From positions 7,952,295 through 8,016,294 of the forward strand of contig MU058636.1 of assembly GCA_013265495.1 (NCBI GenBank): a DNA stretch of 64,000 nucleotides, given 5' to 3'. Below the pieces are notes generated by a model, which made no database searches, was not told where the DNA came from, and worked only from the letters and a program-made list of their open reading frames with translations. A program made the translations under genes and the position numbers. Below are positions 25,701 to 39,390 of this stretch, piece after piece. The DNA comes from Vicugna vicugna. Taxonomy: Eukaryota. Position 1 is the stretch's first letter; each line of letters starts with the position of its first letter.

Positions 25701-28700
25701 CACTTCACAACCCCAGGGTGTGTCCCAGTCTAAGATTTGTACAATTATTACAAAACTTCTCCAGCAGATGGCAGTAACTTCTCTTGAGTAAGAGGTTCCT
25801 TCCAAATCACACAAAGTTGCCTCTGCACTGGGAACAAAGCCAGTCCCCTAAATCTGTTCTTGAAGACTTTAAGTCTCTCTGGACAATGTGGTGACCAAGC
25901 AGAACTCAACGAATGCCCCACACTGCCTCACACACTCATGACTCTTCCGGGCTGGGCTGCAGCGTGGTTTCCTCTCCCAGTACTGCTGCAGTGATCCGAG
26001 CACGCCTGGACACGCCAGGGCCCACCCCATCCTTGCAAGAGCAAGAAAGCCCGCCAGAGAAAATTTAGACAATACAGAGACGCAAAGAATAAAAATCAGC
26101 CACAAACCCACAGCCCACAAATAAAGCTAACGTTTGTTATATACCTTCCAACCTTTTATGTGCATTTTTAAACAAAATTGGGATCAGACTCTCTACAGGA
26201 TCTCTTATAACTTTTTTTCATGTATTAAAATGCTGTAAAGATTTTCTCATGACATTAAGAGTTCTGCAGTATCATATGTAACGACTGCAACAGTAAGACA
26301 TTCTGTGTTAAAATGTTTTAGGATTTGCTTTTTCAAGGATAAGAAACCTTGTCCATATTCAAAGGCAGAATGGGAAGGACATTTTGAAAGATGGAAACTA
26401 AGTCCACTGGGAGAGGAAGCAATCCCCAGATCAGTAAAGAACTGACAGACCAAACCGTTGCCTCCGGATAATTCCTTTCATAAAACAGGGAAGCGCAGTA
26501 TACTAGAACCCCACAGAAAACTTCAGATGTGTGAGAAAATACAGATTCATAAAAAGATGAAAAATTTCTTCCAAAAGCAATTCGATGATTCAGAATTTAT
26601 GATAATTATGTTCAGAAAAGTCTTGGCTTGCCCCATGAGGACAGTACCTGGGGCTAACGCCTCGGGTATTAATTATTATAATGACCCCCCTCTCTCTTCC
26701 ACTAGGGAAAGAACAGCTTCAATACGGGATCAGTGCTGCATGTCTACAGCTGCAAAGAAGTGTGCCTGTCCCCCTCCACGTGTCAATTTCACGCCAAGAA
26801 CCTGGCAGAGGCTCATTGTGAGGGTTAATGCCACTGACTTCAGTTACAGCACAAATCACGGTGCTCAGAAATGACAGTACTATTGGTGATGATTATATTA
26901 AGTCGTGCATTTCTAAGAAATATAATCCAACCTCAACTACCTTAAGAGCACACGCACGCACATGCCGTCAATTCAAAACTGCGGTTTTCCTTATTATTCG
27001 GAAATCAGGGCTATCCTAAAAGCCACTCTAAAAAAAGCAGGCATGTTTTATACTCCACTGGTCCAAACTGGCTATTACATCATACATCATTCATCATTCC
27101 CAAGCCATCAGGAAATAACCTTTGCTTTATTTTGTGCAGTCACAAGAGAGGTATGATATGTCACAGTTCCTCACCTTTTTTCTATAAAGACCCTTATGAG
27201 CCTCCCACAGGGCTCTGTGTCGCTCAGTGTGGTCTCCTTGTCTAGAAGTCATGTAAGGAAAATGTAAAATCTTCTCCGATTTACATTTGCAAATAAATCA
27301 CTGTAAAATGTCATCACTTTAGTACTATCTGGGTTTAATTTCAACACCTCAGAGCTGCTTATGGCATGTCGCAGCCGTGGCTTATGGTAAGTATTTTCAT
27401 TCCACATGGAAAGATTCGATTCCTCGACCAGTGAGCTAAGAGGGACAGAAAAACAGGTGGGTCCCTCCCCTCCAGCAGGAGGGAACAACTGGGCCTAAAA
27501 GACAGAGCCACAGTGTGGGTCCCGACATCACTCGTGGGGCCGTGGGTAAGCGACTGAGCTCTCTGAGCTTCTGTTCTCTCATCTGTAACTAGGGACTAAG
27601 AAATCCTAACTTGTAGGCTGACTGTAAAAGTTAATATGTGTAAGTGTCAGCCAGGGTCCCTCACACAGGTTGGCGAATCCATGGGGGTAGTTATCAGTCA
27701 TTCGAAAGAGTTCAAGTGGTGTGCCTGGTTTTCAAGGAGGAATACGGACAAACTTCATGTTAGAACGCAGCGGTCCAGCTTCTGCTGGGTTCTGCCTCTG
27801 CTATTCCAGCGCTAACTCGCTAATGGCTGTTTAAAGCACTTTGTTATTAGTGAGGTCAAAGTCAAAGATTTGATTCCCCTGCACCAGTGAACTGTTGCAA
27901 GGCTACAGATTTTCCCCTTTTGGGATAAAAATTACATTACATATAAGTTTCCCTTTTCTGACTTCCCTGTCAGGAAGGCCAGAGGCAAATCTTAGTCACA
28001 ATCACAATCACAATGCCATACCTGTATTCTTCTCCCCCATTTATTTACCCCCAGATTCTCATTTTCTATTTTGCATTTATCACTTAACCACAAAGGTTTC
28101 CTGTAAGCCACCTCAAAGCAACTATGGAAAAATACAGGATGAAACAGTCAGTCACCATTAAGAATCAACATCACGGAACAAATTCAACGTGTTTCTAATC
28201 AAGGGTCTTCAGGTTTACAAGAGGAGGCACCTAGGAGGTACGTTAGGAAGAACACAGGAAGCATCACAAGGGAAATAATGGATCTCCCCGGAAATCTGAA
28301 AGAAAAGGCTCGCGGCTCCCTCCCAAGGTGGTCTCAGTGCTGGATGGGGACAGAAAAGATCAGCTGACTCTGAAGGCTCCTTACATCTGGGATTCCAGAG
28401 CATAACAGTGGACAAGCAGGCATCATTCGGACACTGCCAACCATTCAAACAGAAAAGAAAATAACTTAAAGAGCCTCAACCAGTCCTCATGCTCAGCTGG
28501 GACTGATCACGCCAATGAGACGGACTCCGAAAGCATCACAGCCAGACCCCAAGTGAGCCCTGCGTTTATTCAGCTCTTGTAACCACACCTGGACACAGGA
28601 GAACCCAATCACCTACCAAAGGTTTCCGAACAGAAATAAGTCGTGGTTTTTTAACCACCGAGCTTCTCGGTCTCTAAAGGCAACTTCACCTGATATAAAT

Positions 28701-28832
28701 AATCACCAGCCAGACCCCCTCTTCTTCAGAAGCTGTCCTGTGTGCATTTGGGGCAATTCAAAAGTAACTCCTAACACTTCCACTCAGCAGTTTCAGCCTG
28801 CTTTCTCAGTCCTCATCTTGGCTGTCTTCCTA

Positions 28833-29456
<624 letters not shown>

Positions 29457-30229
29457 TCAGCTCGTCTGGTCCTCGTACCTGTGGCACAGGGGCAGCGTCC
29501 TCGTGACTCCCACACTTGGAGCATTTGTAAACATGCTCACGAGCATCGAGGGGGCAGGCAACAATGACATGAACAGAGCCATGTCAGCCTCACGCCGCTA
29601 AAGGAAACACAACTTCCCCCAAAGGAAGGCTGGCGAGTAACCTCATCTCTGCAGATGGGAGACGTGTCACCGTTACTGCGCCAAACTGAATCCCTGTGGC
29701 AAAGAGCATCCCTTTCTAACAACCTAAAGATGAGAAAATAATTGTTTGGATATGAGAAAAACCAAACCAAAAATACTGCATAGGACTTTAAATTATTCAA
29801 GAATGAAAAAAAAGGTTCCACGTAGACTCACATTCTCCTTTGTGTACATACAGGATGCTTCGTTATTTTATGGCATTAAAAATACTTTAAAGAGAGAGAT
29901 CTGTTTCATCAGGAAATCCAAGAATGTTTTGGTCTCACCTCAAATTTTTTGAAGTTAAGTTGCCAGTAACAAAAATTCAGAGTTTTTTCTTTCTTTCCTT
30001 TTTTCTTTCCTTTTTTCTTTCTTTGCCACCCATGCTCTTTCTCTGCTTTTCTATTGATTATAGTATCTTTCTTTTCTTTGAATATCCTAGTAATTCTTAT
30101 ATCTAGAGTGTGTCCCTATATGCACTAAAATACAAATTTATGAAAGAGATAAATTAGGGAGTGGTCATGTGATTTACAAACAGGCCTTCACGTATTCATT
30201 CTAGGATAAGCTTAATAGTAAACTCCTCT

Positions 30230-30396
30230 AGACCCTCCCCACTCGGTGTGGTTCCTGGGACTGCAGCTCCTGCATCACCTGGGGGGTTGTTAGGAATGCA
30301 GATTCTTGGAGCCCACCCCAGACCTAGGGAATCAAAACCTGCATGTATACAAGATCATCAGATGGTCTGTATGAACATTAAAGTTGAGCAACATTT
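30230..30396. mobile_element. MER5A hAT-Charlie DNA transposon fossil
   Basis: 'gcatcacctggggggttgttaggaatgcagattcttggagcccaccccagacct...aatcaaaacctgcatgtatacaagatc...aacattaaagttgag'. Confidence 0.75.
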
Positions 30397-30807
30397 ATCT
30401 AGCCTATCATAAGACACAAAAAATTATGTAAAAATCCTATGTATATATATTTCAAAGAGCACCCCTTGTAAGCCAAATAAAGGACACCACCATAAATCTG
30501 TTATATATAGTAAAGACATAGATGGGACCAAATCGCTAACTCGTTAAATACCTAATTTCACACTAAAACATCAAGGACTACAAACCTGTAAATGTTCAGT
30601 TAAAATGTACTTATTCTACCAACCAAGATGACACACAAAACATTCACTCTATGCTACAGAGGAATGCCACAGTTAAAATGCAAAACCATGCCATCCGCCC
30701 CTTAAAGCACATGTGAACTAGCAGGTCAGCACATTTTGTTATCTTTTTTTTTTTCAATTTGTTTTAGGGAAGCGGGGGTGGTAATAGGAAATACTAGGAA
30801 AACAGCT

Positions 30808-30893
30808 ATGATTATCAGCTGTGGCATCTACAGATCGGTCATTCTGGGTCCCTGGGGCTTTGGTGGCCTGATAGGGCAGGGGTGGTGTGTCAA
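30808..30893 (-). other. SMAD9: Remnant of the SMAD9 alternative linker exon (PPLPY-containing); canonical 3' end and donor not found
   Basis: Acceptor tgctttcttttag|TT; in phase with the preceding exon it reads (V)DTPPLPYQATKAPGTQNDRSVDATADNH, against recalled human VDTPPLPYHATEASETQSGQPVDATADRHVVLSIPNG; similarity stops after H. Confidence 0.85.
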
Positions 30894-31047
30894 CTAAAAG
30901 AAAGCAGTGAAACAAAGGAACGTCCAACTGACAGACTGACTACACAGAGACAGCCTGGTCCAACCTCTCTGCTGTTAAACTCCTGGGTTTGGTTTGGTGG
31001 GTAGTGTTACTGCTGCAGAGAGACCAGTAATGTAAGGAGGCCATTCT

Positions 31048-31190
31048 TTTTTCTTTTTTAAGAGATTTGGTGGAGGGGTAATTAGGTTTATTTATTTATT
31101 TTTAGAGGAGGTACTGGGGATTGAACCCAGGACCACGTGCATGCTAAGCACGCACCCTACCACTTGAGCTATACCCTGCCCCCCACTAAA
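31048..31190 (-). mobile_element. tRNA-derived SINE, camelid Vic-1-like, with 11-bp TSD
   Basis: Minus strand reads gggtatagctcaagtggtagggtgcgtgcttagcatgcacgtggtcctgggttcaatccccagtacctcc followed by aaataaataaacctaattacccc and an A tail; TSD gaggccattct at 31037-31047 and 31191-31201. Confidence 0.85.
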
Positions 31191-32099
31191 GAGGCCATTC
31201 TGTCGTGACATCAGGACAATCCTCCAGGAGAAGATGATTGTCCTGAGCTCCTCACTAAAGGGTTGATTCCTTTTCCTTCCTACTTACGAGTTATGGAGTT
31301 CAAATGACTTCATGATGAGATTTTCAAATCTTGGAGCTAGTCTAGCTTTTCTCAAATGCAGAAGTCTGTTATCTGGCTTTCAAAACAGAGACAGCTAAAC
31401 CTTCTCTGTAATGAGCTTAGTGACCAGCTCTATCTCTTGATGCTGCGTGCGCTGGCTTCCGGTAGCTAAAAGGGAGAATGTGCCAGCTGGAGCTGGGCCC
31501 CCCTCTCTGCCCTACTGAAACTCCATGTCCACCTTCTGCAGGAAGGGACTCCCCTGGATTGCTGAAAGAGGCAGCGAGAGAAAAAGCCTGCGCTGATCCC
31601 CCACATTGCTTGCTCTCAGGCCGTCTTCCTACTTCCGTTAGAGAAGTATTTTATAATCTTATTTTTAATTCCTTAAAAAAAAATCCCTGGAAATTCCCAG
31701 GGATGCTGTTCAAATCCATTTCGTTTCTGAGAACTTCCAGGGGATCAGAACCAGAACAAGCACCCAAAGGCAATGCTGGCAGATAATGAGAGTTCAATAA
31801 ATTCCTGTTAAATACATGAGCGTAGGAATTAACGAATGAGGGGATAGCAACAACCAGCCCCAATGCACTTCTGCACGCCCCGGAGGAACTTGTTAGCTCA
31901 GGATATTCCATATTTTATTAAAAGAAACTGATGACTGCTCCAAAAAGGGTACAGTCCTGATCATTTTAGACGGGGGGCAGGGTCCGACCAACCACGGGAG
32001 AGGGCTGTGTGAACTGTACACTCCATACAAATGTGAGAGACAGAGATGACGATGCTGAGGGCCCCCCCAACGACTGTCCCCCGCGGACGGCAGCTCTCA

Positions 32100-32387
<288 letters not shown>

Positions 32388-33345
32388 TTAGAGCTGAACG
32401 CTGGCTCATCCGCCCCCAATAGAGGGGATGCTGGCTGTTTTGGGCTCTGTTTTTTGACGATAAAATTCTGTTTTTCCTTCGGGAACTGCCTGTCCATCAT
32501 TCTTTGTGCTTATTGTGACCTTGTCAATGAAGGTCTCATCTCTTCCCAAAAAGGGAGTTTGTGAAATCAAGCCAAAGCAATGGTTTCGCTCCTAGCAGCC
32601 TGAATCTTAGGCTGGGTGCCACAATGAACGAAAAGTTCATAGGGGAATCGTTCTGACGTCAACACTTTAAAAAGAAACTGCCTATTCATTCCTACCCCAG
32701 AAGTTGCCAGGCCGCTCTATTACCTGGCCTTCTGGAGATGGAATCATGCACGTCTTCCTTTGACTCAGCCAATAAAGTTTTTTTTTTTTTAAATGGCAAA
32801 ATTGGTTTCTACTGCTTGCAATGAAACTCCAAGTAATGTCCAGAATAGTTTTACTTCAGAAACCACCTTGAATTATTTAGATGACCAGGCTACATTTCTA
32901 GGCTCAGAAGGGCTGGTTAAGTAAAAACATTCTACTTGTCTTTACCAGAACGATCTAAAGGTAAAGAAAAGTTCTAAAGGAAAAGATAAACGGTGAACAA
33001 TAATACAAGTGAATAAGTAAAAGAGAAGCATCAATAGAGAACTTACAAATAAAATCTGTTCATTTTAGTATGTTTCCTTCTGGGCTTCGCACTTTAAGAA
33101 GAACGTGAGTGTCCTTGGTCCTGAGTCTATACAAAAGCAGGAACAGATGCCATTCTCAAGGGAAAGCAAAATCTAGGCATTCCTGACTCCTACTGATTTC
33201 TCAAGTGTCACCAGGCTTGGCAGCAAAAAGTGACCCCATGAGAACTGCTGAGGGGTCACCTCTGACCAACATAAGTTTCAGAAAGAGAAGCAGAGAAAGG
33301 GAGGGAGTGATCAAAGAAACAACAGAAGAAAACGTGTCAGAGCCG

Positions 33346-33539
33346 GTGCTCGCTCTGGCAGCACACGTACTAAAACCAGAACCACACAGAGACGGTCGAC
33401 AAGGCCCTGCACAAGGATGATACACACATTTGTGAAGCATTCCATATTTTTTTATATGTTTATGTATAACTGAATCACTCTGCTGTGCACCAGAAACTCA
33501 CGTAACAGTATAAATCAACTATACTTCAATAAAAAAAAA
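33346..33539 (+). pseudogene. RNU6: U6 snRNA / L1 3'-end chimeric retrocopy
   Basis: 33346-33453 is a diverged full-length U6 (gtgctcgctctggcagcacacgtactaaaa...acagaga...aaggatgatacacacatttgtgaagcattccatattttttt). It is joined directly to about 86 nt of L1 3' end (tgtataactgaatcactctgctgtgcaccagaaact...taaatcaactatacttcaataaaaaaaaa). Degenerate TSD at 33328-33343 and 33541-33556. Confidence 0.92.
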
Positions 33540-33540
33540 T

Positions 33541-33930
33541 GAAATTGTCTCAGAGCGAAAGAAGATCTATGTCATTAGAGTGAAAAGAGCCACAGAGTAG
33601 ACAGCCTGATTAATGGGAAAAGATCCAGACCTGGTCATACCATCTTGAATTTCAAACATCTAAGGACGAACTGAGTATTCTAAAAGCTTCCAGAAGCTCG
33701 CCTCAAAGTCACCTACAAGGACATGAGAAACTGACTCATGACTTCCTGTCACTGATGCTAGACAGCAGAAGGCAATGGACCAACATGCTTCAAAGGGAAA
33801 ACAATTCTTACTCCTAAATCGCACAGCGGAAACTAACAGAACTGCCAAAAAATAATGTGAACTATAAACTAAAATACAGATTGAGGCGAGGAAGAAAGGA
33901 TGAAGGCAATATAAATTAGCGAAATCCTCA
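33541..33930 (+). mobile_element. Very old L1/HAL1 ORF1-like remnant (also continues upstream at about 33260-33345, split by the U6 chimera)
   Basis: 'gatcaaagaaacaacagaagaaaac', 'gtattctaaaagcttccaga', 'gtcacctacaagg', 'atgctagacagcagaaggcaatgga' resemble ORF1 C-terminal coding sequence. Confidence 0.5.
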
Positions 33931-35089
33931 GACATCAATGACTTTTTTTTTTTTTTTAAAGCCGGCAAATAAAGCCCAGAGAGAAACAGGAAGGAAGGGA
34001 AGAAAACAAAGACCTACGTGACCTGCGGAAGGTACATCAGGCTCACCAAGAACGTGAGCCTTTTTCACCACAGTCTCATCCTGTATCCCGGATGATGTGA
34101 CTTTTAGAAGCATCCGCACTCAGGAAGGTGATCTCCTTGACAACAGTTTTACAACATGATGGCAAGACTTGGGACCCTGAAAGGTCACCAGCTAAGACTG
34201 CTACAGGCTGGGCACGACTTACCCAGGACTGCTGTAAGGCTACTTGAACCCGGGAGCCAGGCAGCAGGCTGGATGCCCACCACTGTCTGCCTACCTTCCT
34301 AGACAGAACCGCCTCTTAATGGACATGGGCCACTTCCCAGATCTCGTGTGCCAGCCCTTTGGTCTCCTGGAACGGGGCAGACGGCCAATCAGGGAGAGGA
34401 GGCTCCCAGAAAAACTGCATCCCTGTAGCCACAGGAACACTCAATCCAAAGGGAAATGCAGCCAAATTGTTATAGCCAGTGCAGAGGAACACAGACGAAC
34501 ACCAGACTTCTCCAAAAGGGGGTATGTGAGTATGAAATATATGTATACACACACTGAGGTGTGTGAAGAGTTTTAGGAACAATACTTTCCTATATTTAAA
34601 GCCATATCGAAGAACAGCTGCCCATCTTCCTTACCCACCGCTGTTTCCAGTCTTGGAAAGATTTCCAGCAACTCTTCCATGGTCTGTTTTCAGACCCAGA
34701 GATGAGCTGCCTTCACTTACCTGAGCCTGGAGAGAGTGGCAGCAGTTTCATTCAGTACAGGTGAGTTCAGAGAGAGAGGACGGGAACGTGGATGTTTAGT
34801 TTTTTATAGTTGATCATGTCAAGGCCACAGTAAGACTTTCCAAGAACTGGATGATGACTCCAAAATACATCAAAACAAAACTGCACTTTTCAAAATCACA
34901 CAAAACTCACACACATCCTGAAATGAAACAGCTTCTGTCCAGATTTTTCTGACCACAACATTTTGCATTAGTTCCTCCAAAATGAACCTCCCCCTCTTCC
35001 AGGGAGGGGGGTCCTTATCCCAGTGGCGCTCCATCACGCTCCATCGGCGGGGACACGCCCCCTTAATTTTTATAACAAGCATGACCTCA

Positions 35090-35617
<528 letters not shown>

Positions 35618-36323
35618 TCATAGGTACCAACTCTCCAGGGGCATCATAGGTCTTCCCTTTCTTCTGGAAATAATTGGGATCGATTCCGGCTGGGAAGTGT
35701 GTTGACTTTCTCCTAAAGCCCTGGAATGGGCTGGCTAACTCTGAAACAAACAAACAAAATATATATATATGACTTCAGTTAATTAGGATAATTTTCAGAA
35801 TAGGTTAAAGGTTGGATGTAAGGGAGAAAATATTCTTCAAATGTTTCGGACTTGAAAACCCTTAGTTATCTCTGATTGTTTCCTCTCCTTTATTCCATAT
35901 ATGTAAGTCCTGGTAATTCTGCCTCTGAAATGGCTTTCAGGTTTTGAAACTTCCTTTCCTTTTCTGCCAATATCTGAGCCCCGCCCCACCTCACCTCTCC
36001 CCCTGATTACTGCATCACCTCCGAAGCTGCTCCTCTCTGCCAATTCTAATCCACTTACTCCCCAATAGAAGGTTTAACAAGCCATTTTCCTGTAAGAGAA
36101 ATCACAGTGGCTCCCTGGTTTCCCAAGTATAAACGTTTCTGCCTGGGTTTCCTGGGCCTTTGTGATCTTTCCTCAACAGACTTACGCTTCTTCCTCTTCC
36201 TCATTTACAGTTTGCACAAGTGATCCATCCTCACTGTACAAAATGTACAGAAATGAAAAAGAGAAAAATCAGGATCGCTAATAAGCTCACCACTCATAAA
36301 TTCTTCCAAACAACTTTACAGGA

Positions 36324-36783
36324 CAGTGGTTCTCCAAGTGTGGGAGTCCCCGAGCCCCTTCCTGGCGGCTGCGGGGCCCTCTCTTTTCCAGCTACACACC
36401 TGTGTGTGCAAGATTCTCCTCATGTACTTCAACCCAAACAACACATCACAGCAGACTGTGTGCAGGAGCAGACGTGGGAATCCAAGTGTCAGCTATGAAA
36501 CCAGGCATGAAAGAGATGTGCAAAATTACAAAACGGTAACACCCTTTTCACTATTTGGGGGAAAGATCTAGTTTTTTTAAATAAAAATGCTTATATTACT
36601 ATATAATGGGATTATTACCATCTTTTAATGAATCAGCAAACACTTTCAAGTTTCTCAGTTTTAATTCCTAAAATGGTTGGGGGAAAAATATATATATATA
36701 AGCCACATTGGCAAAGGTTCTTTGGAGTTCTCAATAATTCCTAAAAGTACAAAGGAGTCATAAGACCAAAAAGTTCTAGAACT
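36324..36783. mobile_element. hAT-Charlie DNA transposon fossil (Charlie1-like internal deletion derivative)
   Basis: Starts 'cagtggttctccaagtgtgg'; contains 'tacttcaacccaaacaacacatcacagcagactg...gcaggagcagacgtgggaatcca', 'aaagagatgtgcaaaa'; ends 'gagttctcaataatt...agaccaaaaagttctagaac'. Confidence 0.7.
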
Positions 36784-38029
36784 TACACAAAGTCACAGAC
36801 CAACACGTACACAAAAGGGCACTGCTGTCACATTCGTCCTTCTCCCTGAGAATCACTTGCATTCTTCGTTGCCCTCTCCCCCAAAGGACAAATTCTTTCC
36901 CAGTTATCCAAAAGGCCCATTTACAAGTCCTGAGCTAGAGATGCCCTTCCTCTGAGGTGAAACAGCTGGCTTAAACAAAACCCTCCGCTTCTTCCAGATC
37001 TTAGAAACCAGCTACCTAATTAATGTTTAAAGTGGCTGTTGGTAACGTTTTGAAGCAAGCTGACTCATCTCAGTATCTTGGAATCAATCTTGCTCCATCG
37101 TCTTCAACAAGAGCTTGTTTAAGACGCATTAAATCTCATTTTCTCCTCTGCTTCCCTGGAGGGACGGCTGCACCTTTCTGAATACAATTCCATGCCCGGC
37201 TTTGAACAAAGGCGCTCTATCAATGGCCCCCCTCCTTAAGTCGTGATCACCAGCAGGCAGCTCTGTGAGGAGGATGGCAGCCCAGTTCCCCCCAAATCAG
37301 TGACCTTCAGTAAACACAAAGCAACACATATCACTGGATTCCTCCAACAGACTTCAGTTAGCATCGTACAGGGAGAGGGAACCCAGGGTGAAAAGGAGAG
37401 TTAAGGGCCCGATAGCTGTTCTTTTTCTCCTGGCAGTTTGACTTACGCTCAGTTTTATTTGGAAAGGTTGATTTTGTGGCTCAACAATCATGAATTTATA
37501 AAGTATAGTTAAGTCACTGTGTTCGAGCTCTGTTTACTTAGTCGAGACAGGCTGCCTGGAAGCAAAGGCTGGAGAGGGTCGGGAGCTCCGACGAGGAGAA
37601 GTAACAGGACACAGGGGCAGCTGAACCCCCAAAGAGCTCTGCATCCTGCTTAGTTTTGCAGGAGATTTGTTATTAGTAAATTGTGGCATAAATCTTTAAG
37701 CTCAGGTCAGCAGTAGAAAAAAAGCTATTTATAAAGATGTTCAGCAGAGTTAAACTAAATAGACCCTTTAAAAACCTTTTGCTCCATGAAACAAGCACAG
37801 TGCTCCAAACCGGGAGTGGCTGTTGTTGTTTTAACTCTGGGTTCCTATCTATTAATGGCCTATGAAATCAATTTATTGGAACAAAACAGCTTTTGTAAAA
37901 AAAAAAAAAAACCAAAATGGACTGTATTGCAGTGCAGCTAACAAAGGAAGAATAGGTACTATCTCACCATCAGTTTTTATTCAGAGGTAGGTGTTCCGTG
38001 TGTGTATGTGTGTGAGCAGGTATCTGAGA

Positions 38030-38055
38030 CTGTGTGTGTGTGTGTGTGTGTGTGT
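38030..38055. repeat. (TG)n microsatellite
   Basis: Directly visible. Confidence 0.9.
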
Positions 38056-38954
38056 ACATGTGTGCGTGTCAAGGTCATCATGCAAAATGTCTTCGGTATT
38101 GCAGGTTACAATCACAAAGTGTTTGAAAGCATTACCCCTAAACCATACATTTCCTCCAGCAGTGTCTGTTTGAGGTTCACCTTGATGAGTGACTTTCAGG
38201 GGCCCCGTCCCTCCTCGTGCCTTGGGGAAATCCCAACTAGTCAGGAACCTGGGATCTGGGAACCCTGGCTCTGCAGTCTGATCTTGCTGCCACATTTCAA
38301 ATCTTTATGAGTCTCACAGTGGCTCCAAAACTATGATTTTACTGCTACAAGACACAGCTCCTGCCCCATTACGCAGAGGCCCTCGCGTGGGAGGAGGCCC
38401 CAAAGAGTCAAATTTAGAACCTTTGAGTAATAAACGCCAAATTCGTAAGTGACCTCTGGGTAGGAAAGGAAAAAGATGAAATATCAAAAAGTTAAAGTTT
38501 AATGAAGCTTTGTAGTGAGTCCACAGATGTTCAAGTATGATTCTCTACACTTGTTTGATATATTTTCTAATAGGAAAATGAAATGTTAAAAAAAAGGAAT
38601 CAAACTTGAAATTTCACTGACATTTACGCTTCAGGTTCTTGTGTATTTTACTAGTTCCTAATTGTCTAGGGGTGGGGTTTAGGGTTCATAAAGTTTATTC
38701 CATTCTCATTCCTATAATGTTTTAGCCACTAGTAGACAAAGGGTCCTAGCTTATCTCCAGGTGGTCAACACACTGACAACAACAGTGCAGGCTCCCCACC
38801 CCACCCAAGCTTGTTCAGTAGTGTCCGTCTGGTTCAGAACAGTTTCCCACGGTCAGACAATTTAGGTTCCCATAGCCTATATGCTCTAACTTAGCACAAC
38901 ATCCTGGAAACACCACTGGCCAGACTCACCATAATAATTAACAAAGAGCACCCT

Positions 38955-39390
38955 ACTCAGCCATAGAAAAAGAATGAAATAATGCCATTTGCAGCAACAT
39001 AGATGGACCTAGAGGTCATCGTACTAAGTGAAGTAACTGAGAAAGAGAAAGGCAGATATCATATGACATCATTCATATATGGGATCTAAGAAAATGATAC
39101 AAATTCTATTTACAAACCAAAAACAGACTCACAGACGTAGAAAACAAACTATGGTTACCAAAAGGGAAAGGGTCGGGAGGGATAAATTCGGGGTTGAGGA
39201 TTAACAGACACACACTTTTATATATAAAACAGATAAACAACAAGGACCTACTGTATAGCACACAGAACTATATTCAGTTTCATGTAATAACATACAATGG
39301 AAAAGAATCTGAAAAAAAATGTATAACTGAATCACTTTGTCGTACTCCTAAAACTAACACTGTAAATCAACTACACTTCAATAAAAAATT
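38955..39390 (+). mobile_element. Cetartiodactyl-type L1 3' end (5'-truncated)
   Basis: 'aagaatgaaataatgccatttgcagcaacatagatggacctagag', 'acagactcacagacgtagaaaacaaacttatggttaccaa'-like, 'agataaacaacaaggacctactgtatagcacagagaacta'-like, 'tgtaaatcaactacacttcaataaaaaa'. Confidence 0.88.

Noticed and set aside
31100..31180. tRNA gene
   Set aside because: A and B boxes are present, but the AT-rich tail, TSD and second similar copy show it is a SINE
31211..31246. 11-bp perfect inverted repeat (tcaggacaatc / gattgtcctga) with a 14-nt loop
   Set aside because: Too short for a pre-miRNA, isolated, and with no supporting context; could be chance
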